This document shows positions 56,730-64,000 of a stretch of DNA of 64,000 bases, piece by piece. The DNA is from an uncultured archaeon (GTDB taxonomy: Archaea; Asgardarchaeota; Hermodarchaeia; Hermodarchaeales; Hermodarchaeaceae), in the NCBI GenBank assembly GCA_964347045.1, contig CAYFXC010000011.1, positions 1-64,000 on the forward strand, given 5' to 3'. Under the pieces are notes generated by a model. The model saw nothing but the letters and a program-made list of their open reading frames with translations, made no database searches and was not told the origin of the DNA. The translations under genes were made by a program, and so were the position numbers. The first letter of the stretch is position 1; each line of letters starts with the position of its first letter.

Positions 56730-57488
56730 TCACTGAAGATACTGTTTTAATTCTTCCTGAGTTGGATAATTGATTAAAACAGCTTTATGTGAACCGTGAA
56801 ATACAAACATGCTTCCCGCCGCAACAGCAGAAGCTCCACCTATTTCAATAGCGTCTTTAAAATGTTGTAAGGTACCTGCACCACCTAGGGCAATAACTGG
56901 GATTGTAATGGCCTTTGTTACATTTTCTATCAATTTGAGGTCGTATCCTTTCATTGTGCCATCCCGATTAATAGAATTGAGAATAATCTCTCCGGCACCC
57001 GCTGTTTCAACCTCCTGAGCAAATTCCGCTGGATGTTTTTTTGTATTCAAAGTTCCTGAATGTGAATAAGCTTGATATTTTCCACTTCGTGAACGCATAA
57101 CATCAATTGAGATTACAATGCTTTGGCTTCCAAAGACTTCTGCTGCGTTCTCAATGAGTTTGAGGTTTGTGGCCGCAGAATTGAATACCACTTTTTCGGA
57201 TCCCATTTTGAGGATTTTGCTAGCCGTTTCAATGTCGTGAATGCCTCCTCCGTAGCCGAAGGGCATGAAACATTCGGTTGCGATATCTTGAATAAGACGA
57301 AATTGTGGTGGACGGTTTTCAATGCTTGCAGTGATATCGAGGAATACGAGCTCGTCAACTTCCTTGTCATTGAAAATTCGAACGGCGTTTATCGGGTCCC
57401 CCACATAAGTTGGATTGCGGAATTTTATAGTCTTGACTAATCCTCGATCGTGGAGAAGCAATGCTGGAATGACTCGGGCTCGTAACAT
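56730..57488 (-). CDS. HisF-like cyclase paralogue (WbuZ-type, glycan amidation)
   Basis: RVIPALL..LVKT.KF..YVGDPINAVRIFN.KEVDEL, ECFMP..YGGG, AGS.FVF.G...AVLINYP. Confidence 0.9.
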   Translation of the reverse strand: MLRARVIPALLLHDRGLVKTIKFRNPTYVGDPINAVRIFNDKEVDELVFLDITASIENRPPQFRLIQDIATECFMPFGYGGGIHDIETASKILKMGSEKVVFNSAATNLKLIENAAEVFGSQSIVISIDVMRSRSGKYQAYSHSGTLNTKKHPAEFAQEVETAGAGEIILNSINRDGTMKGYDLKLIENVTKAITIPVIALGGAGTLQHFKDAIEIGGASAVAAGSMFVFHGSHKAVLINYPTQEELKQYLQ

Positions 57489-58102
57489 CAGCATAACTCC
57501 GCGAAATTCTTGAGAACTCGCATCCCATATTTATGGCTTTTTTCGGGGTGGAATTGTAGTCCATAGATATTATCTTGAACTATTCCAGAGGTGAATTCAA
57601 TACCATAATGCGTGGTTGTTAAAACCGCGCTTTGTGATTTACATTTGACATAATATGAATGGACAAAATAGAATCTGGGTTCATCATACATTTCCTGAAA
57701 CAGGCAAGAATCTTGTTGAATTGATACCGTATTCCATCCCATATGTGGAATACGAAGATTCATTTCTGGACGAAATTGAAATCGCAGAGTTTCGGCATCA
57801 ATCCATCCAAGTCCTTCCTGATAACCTTCTTCGCTTTTTTTGGTTAAAAGCTGCATACCGAGACAAATACCAAGAAAGGGGATTTGTTCATCGACTACTT
57901 TTTCATTCAAAACAGAGAGAAACCCCTGATTTTCCAAGTTTGTCATTGCTTTGTCAAATGCTCCAACGCCTGGAAGAATGAGTTTTTCAGCTTGACGGAT
58001 GTCGTTAAGCTTTGATGTAATCTCCGCTTCAAATCCTAATCGGCTCAACATATTTGTTATCGATCCAAGATTTCCCATTCCATAATCAATGATTGTAATC
58101 AT
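57488..58102 (-). CDS. HisH-like glutamine amidotransferase (WbuY-type)
   Basis: IIDYGMGNLGS, LPGVGAF, GICLGMQLL, PHMGWN, YFVHSY, QFHPEKS; ATG 58102; TGA overlaps the hisF-like ATG. Confidence 0.92.
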   Translation of the reverse strand: MITIIDYGMGNLGSITNMLSRLGFEAEITSKLNDIRQAEKLILPGVGAFDKAMTNLENQGFLSVLNEKVVDEQIPFLGICLGMQLLTKKSEEGYQEGLGWIDAETLRFQFRPEMNLRIPHMGWNTVSIQQDSCLFQEMYDEPRFYFVHSYYVKCKSQSAVLTTTHYGIEFTSGIVQDNIYGLQFHPEKSHKYGMRVLKNFAELC

Positions 58103-58356
58103 TCCTACAACCTGTTGCATTTTCGGATCTTTGCTTCTTAATTTAGAATGTTGGTTTTGAATTTTTAGTTTTTTAATTCGTGGTCTGCCTATATCCATAA
58201 AAGGTCTAATTAAATCTGTTATTGATAGATGCGTATGTCAACAGAGCAACTTTATACGTTCAGTAAGACAATTCATGAACCTGCAAAAATAAATGAAATT
58301 GAAGCTAAAGTTCACGTGCTCCACGCAGATGGTTTTTTCATTGAATCAAATTCGAT

Positions 58357-59493
58357 TTGAAGGTGAATAGGTTGAGTCTCTCGGCAAAAATAACCAAAAT
58401 CCTAGCCGAAGAAGGGGTTAATTTCTTTGTAACCTATCCTTGTGCAAAATTCCAGTCACTATATAATCTCATTCATACTGATTTCGATAGCATTGGGCTT
58501 ACGAAAGAAGAGGAAGGTGTGGGAGTCTGTGCAGGGGCAAGTTTAGTCGGTTTGAGACCTGCTATGCTGATCCAAAGCACAGGTTTAGGTAATATGTTCA
58601 ATGCCCTTTGCTCTTTGACTTTGACATATCAGCTTCCTCTCATGATTATTGCCAGTTGGAGAGGGAAATACCAAGAATCTATTCCCGCCCAACTCAAATT
58701 GGGTCAAAGTCTTCCTGCACTATTGAAAGCAATCGGCTGCAAACCTCAAGTCATCGAAACCAGAAAAGATTTATCCAAAATTACTACGGCGACACGTAAA
58801 GCATATGAAAAAAAGACACTACAAGTAGTTCTACTGAGTCCTCTTCTATGGGTTCACGAACCTCCACCAACATCTCTTGGCATACAGGAACCCGCTTCGC
58901 AACACTCAAAAACCCCTTTAGAATTACCGCCGTTAATTCCTGGATCACTTACTAGGTATGAAATAATTAAATCGAGTCTTCCTTTCCTGCAGGAAAAAAT
59001 CGTTGTTAGTAATATTGGCTATCCTTCCCGCGAACTGTATTCGTTATGCCATCAACCCTCAAATTTCTACATGCTTGGTAGTCTCGGACTTGCTTCATCG
59101 ATTGGGTTGGGTATTACAATGAGATCATCTAAAAGCACTGTCGTGATTGACGGAGATGGAAGTCTGTTGGCAAATTTAGGGTCTCTTGCTACAATTGCTC
59201 ATGTTGCCCCCCCGAATCTAACAATACTTGCTATTGATAATGGCGTTCATGGATCAACTGGAAATCAACCAACGGTTACCCGGTCTTGCGTAGATTTGGC
59301 TAAAACCGCACAGGGACTCGGGCTTCGCCATGTATATCGAGGAACTTCTAAAGATGAAATCGAATCTATATTGGCTGAATTAAGTACTGGACCTAATTTT
59401 GTACATATACCTGCTAAGCCTGGTAATGCTGAGGTTTCGACGATTCCTCTAACACCTCTTGAAATCAAACAAAATTTTATGCAGGCAATCTAG
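58357..59493 (+). CDS. comDE: fused sulfopyruvate decarboxylase alpha/beta (TPP-dependent)
   Basis: ComD: PC, EEEGVGVCAG, LIQSTGLGN..NAL.SL, SWRG...E...AQ; ComE: VSNIG.PSREL, NFYMLGS.GLASSIGLG, DGDGSLL.NLG, DN..HGSTG.Q. Confidence 0.85.
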   Translation: MKVNRLSLSAKITKILAEEGVNFFVTYPCAKFQSLYNLIHTDFDSIGLTKEEEGVGVCAGASLVGLRPAMLIQSTGLGNMFNALCSLTLTYQLPLMIIASWRGKYQESIPAQLKLGQSLPALLKAIGCKPQVIETRKDLSKITTATRKAYEKKTLQVVLLSPLLWVHEPPPTSLGIQEPASQHSKTPLELPPLIPGSLTRYEIIKSSLPFLQEKIVVSNIGYPSRELYSLCHQPSNFYMLGSLGLASSIGLGITMRSSKSTVVIDGDGSLLANLGSLATIAHVAPPNLTILAIDNGVHGSTGNQPTVTRSCVDLAKTAQGLGLRHVYRGTSKDEIESILAELSTGPNFVHIPAKPGNAEVSTIPLTPLEIKQNFMQAI

Positions 59494-59528
59494 TCCCGCG
59501 AATCGCATATTTGAACGAATACCTTAGT

Positions 59529-59760
59529 CTAGTAGACTTTTTTTGCAATCGTAATTGCTTTTTCTGCTGCAAACTCTGCATCGGTTGCAAACAAATAAGC
59601 TACTAATTCGATTCTGACAAGTCCTTTGTCAATCAGAACATCGAAGAAGTTCGATTTTTTTATATTTTTTCAATTCCAACCAAAAGCGCGGCAGCATTAT
59701 CTCGAAGTTCTTTAATACGGTGCCAGGTTGCTTCGGCGTATTTGAAGCCAATTTGATTAA
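59529..59760 (-). pseudogene. degraded fragment resembling the ThiN (thiamine-phosphate synthase) domain C-terminus
   Basis: Reverse frame reads FDVLIDKGLVRIELVAYLFATDAEFAAEKAITIAKKVY-stop, similar to ThiN PDVI.D.G..G.E...Y.FG.DA.E..EK; upstream frame broken at a homopolymer near 59655. Confidence 0.4.
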
Positions 59761-59864
59761 GTGTTTCTTAAGCAGATTAAATTTGATTTAACCAGATAAA
59801 TACGAGGAATTTTATTCAGGAATAGTCTTCAAGTAAAGCCAATTATATCTTCCAATAATAACCA

Positions 59865-60575
59865 TTGGTGGATGACGTGGAAGCATTTATCGCGGGGAAA
59901 CCCATTCTAAGTACAACCGATTGGCCTTCAAAAGTGTCCAGTGTCATTTTTTTTGTTGGTTGCAACTTACGATGCCGGTTTTGCTTCAATACTCCTCTCC
60001 TCGAATTTAATGAGCAATATAAAATCGATTTAGAGCTTCTCTATCCCGAATTGGAAACAAATCAATTTCTTATTGATGGAATTATCGTGACTGGTGGTGA
60101 ACCCACACTTCAACCTACCCCTCTGAAAACCCTTGCTGAATGGACAAAACAGCATGAGCTGGAATTTGGGCTGATGACAAATGGTACAAAACCTGATGTG
60201 CTTCGTCAGCTCCTGGAATCAGACCTGATAGATTTCATTGCTGTCGATATCAAAACTGTTCCAAGCCGAAACCAATATGTTCGTGTAACTCAGTCAACAG
60301 GTGAGATTTTGGATCGCATTAAAGAAACAGTGAAGCTCCTCAAGGCTTCAAAAATCAGTTATGAATTTCGTACAACTCTTGTCCCATCGCTTGTTGATAC
60401 TTACGAGCAATTAGATCAGATTCGCAAATGGGTCGGGTCGAAGCACCTCGTTCTTCAACTGTTTCGTCCAGTTAATACAGTTCTAGACACGTCATTGTCT
60501 ACAGCTTTCTCTCCGACGGAACTTGAAAAATTTCACCAATATGGACAGAAGCATGGACTAACAACTCGATTCTAA
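59865..60575 (+). CDS. nrdG: anaerobic ribonucleotide reductase activating enzyme (radical SAM)
   Basis: ST.DWP, GCNLRCRFCFN (CxxxCxxC), TGGEPTLQ, TNG, D.K, YEFRTT. Confidence 0.9.
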   Translation: MVDDVEAFIAGKPILSTTDWPSKVSSVIFFVGCNLRCRFCFNTPLLEFNEQYKIDLELLYPELETNQFLIDGIIVTGGEPTLQPTPLKTLAEWTKQHELEFGLMTNGTKPDVLRQLLESDLIDFIAVDIKTVPSRNQYVRVTQSTGEILDRIKETVKLLKASKISYEFRTTLVPSLVDTYEQLDQIRKWVGSKHLVLQLFRPVNTVLDTSLSTAFSPTELEKFHQYGQKHGLTTRF

Positions 60576-60657
60576 ATCCGCTTGGTGTTTTAGTTACAAA
60601 GGCTTTAATCTGAGGGGTTCGTGGAGGTCTTAGAAATCAAAGTACTGGGTTTTCGAC

Positions 60658-61065
60658 ATGACCACATGGACTATTAAACTAGTAAACGGTTCCGAATACA
60701 ACTTCATTGATCTCCATCAAGCCCTTGGCCAATATTACGAATTTCAATCTGGATGGATAAAAAAATTGCAATCTTGCATTAAAGAGCAGTCCACGTATTC
60801 GGTTCATATTAACTTACTCGAAATAACAACCGGGCCGAAAAATGAAAAGCTTCTTGCTCCCTTTCTCCTCCTTCTGATTACAAATACAAAACTAACTGTG
60901 GCTTTTCTGGGAGAATTAACAGAAAATGAAACTGGCTACATTGTTGGTATTTGGCCAGACAAATTTCTTCAAATTCTAAAGTCCGATAACGATGCCATTC
61001 TCAATATATTGTTTATTATTACTGACCAACCTGAACTCGTAGAAAAATTAGATTTGTATTTTTAA
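60658..61065 (+). CDS. hypothetical protein
   Basis: 135-aa ATG ORF, no family recognised. Confidence 0.65.
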   Translation: MTTWTIKLVNGSEYNFIDLHQALGQYYEFQSGWIKKLQSCIKEQSTYSVHINLLEITTGPKNEKLLAPFLLLLITNTKLTVAFLGELTENETGYIVGIWPDKFLQILKSDNDAILNILFIITDQPELVEKLDLYF

Positions 61066-61126
61066 TTGTCGTTCAAGGTCATTTTAATTCCGTAAATCAT
61101 ACGAGAATAATACCCTCTGCTGTGAG

Positions 61127-61837
61127 TTGCAAAAGAAATCTATTTATTGGTGCATTCATTGGAGTTGCGCTGGAGATACCAAAGCCGTGTCCACTACACA
61201 CTTGCCCCTATCCCCGGGTGAACAACCTAAAGGCACATTTCGTATTCTTAGCGTCGAACAAAGACATGAACGTAGTGGGCGTGTAATAATGCTCATAGAC
61301 GGAGAAAGTATGGGTGAAACAAAAACAGATCTTCGTAAACGCCAGTTTACCTATCAAATCCTTGGTTTTACTGATGCAAAAATAGAACCTGGCTCTTGGC
61401 TTCTTAGTCCTCGTGACGATATTGGAGTCATATTTGAAGTTCAGGAAATCACTAAAACTAAATCAAGAAAAAGAATTCCCAAACGTGTAGCGTTAAGAGT
61501 TAAATTCGAAGAAACTGGTTTCATCCGGCTAGATGAAACTTGGACAGTATATAAAAAACAGCCAATTACTCGTCGAGAAATGAGTCGATGGGAACAACGA
61601 ATGACTGATGGAGCAGCCCAGTATTATTGGCATGTCCTTCCAGGTGTATTAGATTCCGTGCTCTTTAAGCCCACCGAAGGAGTGAATGGAGAACAAGTAA
61701 GAAAAATTCGGAACCTTCAAGATCAGATATTATATCGGGCAATCAAAATGGCAAAGTCAAAAGAATCTGTTAAGTTGACTAGCACTCATCTTATTGATGC
61801 AACACGAGAGATTCTTCAACCTTTACAACAGGATTAG
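61127..61837 (+). CDS. hypothetical protein (beta-rich N-terminus, helical lid-like C-terminus)
   Basis: 236-aa ORF; true start probably GTG near 61188 after GGAG. Confidence 0.7.
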   Translation: MQKKSIYWCIHWSCAGDTKAVSTTHLPLSPGEQPKGTFRILSVEQRHERSGRVIMLIDGESMGETKTDLRKRQFTYQILGFTDAKIEPGSWLLSPRDDIGVIFEVQEITKTKSRKRIPKRVALRVKFEETGFIRLDETWTVYKKQPITRREMSRWEQRMTDGAAQYYWHVLPGVLDSVLFKPTEGVNGEQVRKIRNLQDQILYRAIKMAKSKESVKLTSTHLIDATREILQPLQQD

Positions 61838-61845
61838 GGCACAAT

Positions 61846-61860
61846 ACGAAAGGTTTAAGT
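61846..61860 (+). promoter_or_regulatory. putative BRE+TATA promoter of the TFS-like gene
   Basis: ACGAAAGGTTTAAGT, purine run followed by TTTAA. Confidence 0.5.
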
Positions 61861-61911
61861 GTCTCATATTCGCGGCATCCCTCGCAACGAAATTTTCGGG
61901 GGGTAGCGACA

Positions 61912-62181
61912 ATTCAGTTCTGCCCAAAATGTGGTAGCCTACTGCGTCCAGAAAAAAATAAAGCCGGCAAAACAATACTCAAATGCTCCTGCGGCTACAA
62001 ATCTTCCGCAAAGGAAACAGAAGGTTACAAAGTTAAATTTCCCATTCGCCACACTGAACGGGACTACATCGTCGTTGTAGAAGAAGAGGAAGAGGGAAAG
62101 AAACGCAAAAAGCGTGAAATTGATGAAGACGAGAGACAAGAAATGCTTGAGTTAATGCTGGACCACTTTCCAGATGATTAA
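61912..62181 (+). CDS. TFS/Rpb9-like zinc-ribbon protein lacking the C-terminal catalytic ribbon (ATT start; absent from ORF track)
   Basis: Translates (I/M)QFCPKCGSLLRPEKNKAGKTILKCSCGY...VVVEEEEEGKKRKKREIDEDERQEMLELMLDHFPDD; GGGGGGT SD 7 nt before ATT. Confidence 0.85.
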   Translation: MQFCPKCGSLLRPEKNKAGKTILKCSCGYKSSAKETEGYKVKFPIRHTERDYIVVVEEEEEGKKRKKREIDEDERQEMLELMLDHFPDD

Positions 62182-62276
62182 CCCTGCGGCTTCCTCCCCC
62201 CCTCTTTTCTCACAGCGGCACATCAAATAGTATTCCTTATGCTAGGGTAATTTCTCGCAATTGTAAATGATGCACG

Positions 62277-63062
62277 CTACACATAGAAGGGAATTGGTCG
62301 GTATCCGTGATCTTGAGCCGCCTGCTCTTCTCGACGTGCCTCTTTAGCAAGTTCATTTAACTGGGCTTTGATAACTGATTGATTCTGAATTAAGGATTGA
62401 ATACTTACATCCACTTCGAGAAATCGATTGATGGCTAAAACCATGTTTGCCGCCGCTTCAGGATCAGGAGCTTCTGCAGTTGCAGTGGCTAATAGACAGT
62501 ATCCATCTAATTTTCGAATAAGACATTCGTTTAATATCGCACCAGCAATCCCAGCAACGAACCCTTTCTGAACCCGCGGCACAGAATATTTTTCGAGCTC
62601 CGCTAATAGATGCGGTTCTGCAGCTCCAAAGACTTCTGGAGAACCTTTTCTTTTTTCAATACCAATTCCCTCAATGCAAACGACTTTCTTTACACCTTTC
62701 TCTGTGGCCCAGTCCAAAATCTTACTAGCGACAAAGAAAATTGTCTCCATTGGCAGAGGAAACTCGGAAATAACAATTAGTAGTTTCCCATCATTACTGG
62801 CATGAATGCGAATGGGCAATCGCAAAATTCCACCAAAGAAGGGGGTAACGGGAGGAATAAGAGGTGATCGAATGGCTCCAATTAATTTCATATCTAATCC
62901 TTCAATCATTCGAGACGCTGAAATCATCCCTACTAGTCCAGGACCAGGGAATCCTATCACTAGGACTGGTTCATTTGCCAGTTTCACTGGTTCACCGGCT
63001 GCTACAATCTGAATGAAGGGTTCCTCTGAGGAATGTTTGGATTTTAATTCTTTTTTGGACAA
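62277..63062 (-). CDS. PAC2-family proteasome assembly chaperone (Pba-like) with C-terminal HbYX motif
   Basis: GFPGPGLVG.I, P.RI, G..GAILNE, PDPEAAA, L...A; ends PFYV. Confidence 0.9.
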   Translation of the reverse strand: MSKKELKSKHSSEEPFIQIVAAGEPVKLANEPVLVIGFPGPGLVGMISASRMIEGLDMKLIGAIRSPLIPPVTPFFGGILRLPIRIHASNDGKLLIVISEFPLPMETIFFVASKILDWATEKGVKKVVCIEGIGIEKRKGSPEVFGAAEPHLLAELEKYSVPRVQKGFVAGIAGAILNECLIRKLDGYCLLATATAEAPDPEAAANMVLAINRFLEVDVSIQSLIQNQSVIKAQLNELAKEARREEQAAQDHGYRPIPFYV

Positions 63063-63158
63063 ACAATCTCTCTCCTAAGAAATTACATCAAGCGCATTCT
63101 TTCTCTCAGTAAATAAGGTTTCTTCTCCAAGATTGGTTCAATCTTTTAGCTTCCGCAT

Positions 63159-63443
63159 TTATTCTCTTTGTTCTCGAAGCCATCGTTGAATTGTCGCATC
63201 TTGATATCCACAGTGTGGGCAGGTGCTTTTCATAATTCGTACATTCGTGATGTTTACGCGGGTAAGTAAGTTATGACAATTTGGACAGGCATAGTGCTTC
63301 TCTCCACAAGTCTCACATTGTCGAACTACACCGTCGGCCGTCCAAGGAATTGAACGGCGCATCCATTCATCAGATACTCTGCGAAAACTTTTGTTGCCAC
63401 ACTTTTGGCATACCATCTCATCAGCTGTCATCTTCATAACCAC
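63159..63443 (-). CDS. small multi-CxxC zinc-binding protein
   Basis: CQKC, CETC, CPNC, CPHC. Confidence 0.75.
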   Translation of the reverse strand: MVMKMTADEMVCQKCGNKSFRRVSDEWMRRSIPWTADGVVRQCETCGEKHYACPNCHNLLTRVNITNVRIMKSTCPHCGYQDATIQRWLREQRE

Positions 63444-63524
63444 GCTATTTTGATAACTTCAAGTGCATCCACTCTAGAATTAAAGAATTTATCCTAACCA
63501 TATACTCTGAAAATATCTTTGAGA

Positions 63525-64000
63525 TTATTGAGTGCTTCGAACGCTCGTAGATGATCGAACTTGCTCCTGTTGAGCTGAAGCCGGGAAAGGGCTAGTTGTT
63601 GGAGAAGAGGATCCGTTTAGGACACGATATCGTCGTTTCAATTCTTCGCGTTTACCTGCATTCCATCCAGATACATTTTGATAGTATCCCGTGATTCGAC
63701 TAAACCAATCAAGATCTGTATGTCCACAATTCGGGCAGGCTTCAAGTAATCCACTGGCCGTGTTATGGCAACGCTTACACACTGATAAATCACGAGTATA
63801 ACTGTAATACCCCAGCTGAGTATTCATGGCAATACGTTGATTTAGTTTCATCAATGCATCCACATCTGGGGCAGCTTCTCCAAGGAAAACATGGAAAATA
63901 TTCCCACCTGATAACAACGGAAAAGCTTTCTCTTCGATTGCAATCTTTTTTGCTAATGATGTTTGTGATTCATAATTAACCATAAAGCCATTAGTGTAAT
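63525..64000 (-). CDS. nrdD: class III anaerobic ribonucleoside-triphosphate reductase, 3' part (runs off window)
   Basis: SGGNIFH, CKRC..CPNCG, SRITGYY (glycyl radical), WN.GK.EE..RR. Confidence 0.93.
   Translation of the reverse strand, partial: YTNGFMVNYESQTSLAKKIAIEEKAFPLLSGGNIFHVFLGEAAPDVDALMKLNQRIAMNTQLGYYSYTRDLSVCKRCHNTASGLLEACPNCGHTDLDWFSRITGYYQNVSGWNAGKREELKRRYRVLNGSSSPTTSPFPASAQQEQVRSSTSVRSTQ

Noticed and set aside
56730-58102. Histidine-biosynthesis hisF/hisH
   Set aside because: WbuZ-type motifs and linkage to the sugar amidotransferase indicate glycan-modification paralogues
61939-62139. 66-aa Phe-rich minus-strand ORF in the track
   Set aside because: Antisense shadow of the TFS-like gene
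744-63012. Numerous 60-150-aa ORFs nested in or antisense to recognised genes
   Set aside because: Shadow ORFs without recognisable motifs
1-64000. tRNA/rRNA genes, CRISPR arrays, IS elements, inteins, defence island
   Set aside because: No cloverleaf, spaced repeats, transposase/integrase or intein motifs seen by eye; PIN, PLD and CHAT genes are dispersed among housekeeping genes. tRNAscan-SE/Infernal would be needed to exclude small RNAs

Overview
Gene-dense archaeal chromosomal segment, almost certainly from an Asgard archaeon: archaeal informational genes (rnhB, ssb, ATP-dependent lig, asnS, xpb/bax1, pheST, class III RNR nrdD/nrdG, PAC2 chaperone) are mixed with eukaryotic-signature proteins (two small GTPases, four longin/uDENN-fold proteins, a MIT-domain protein, a membrane RING-like protein, TPR-CHAT). 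There is a ~12.5 kb glycosylation island for a legionaminic-acid-type nonulosonate with acetamidino modification, a fused ComDE, a W-aldehyde oxidoreductase pair and two pseudogene remnants. I saw no rRNA, tRNA, CRISPR array or mobile element. Highlights: (1) at least four genes appear to start at ATT/ATC codons behind good SD motifs, which the ORF track misses; (2) correcting one of these starts reveals a three-gene longin module: uDENN-Cys4-TFB-repeat fusion + longin-Arf-like GTPase + uDENN-winged-helix-SAH protein, a candidate GTPase-to-transcription signalling system; (3) an NPRL2-like protein tail-to-tail with a MIT-PLD (MITD1-architecture) protein; (4) a 1794-aa TrmB whose dimer helix is expanded to ~1550 aa; (5) a Phe-rich leader peptide upstream of pheST; (6) a sharp third-position C/A-to-G/T switch inside a single gene. 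All family assignments are from motif recognition by eye; no searches were run.
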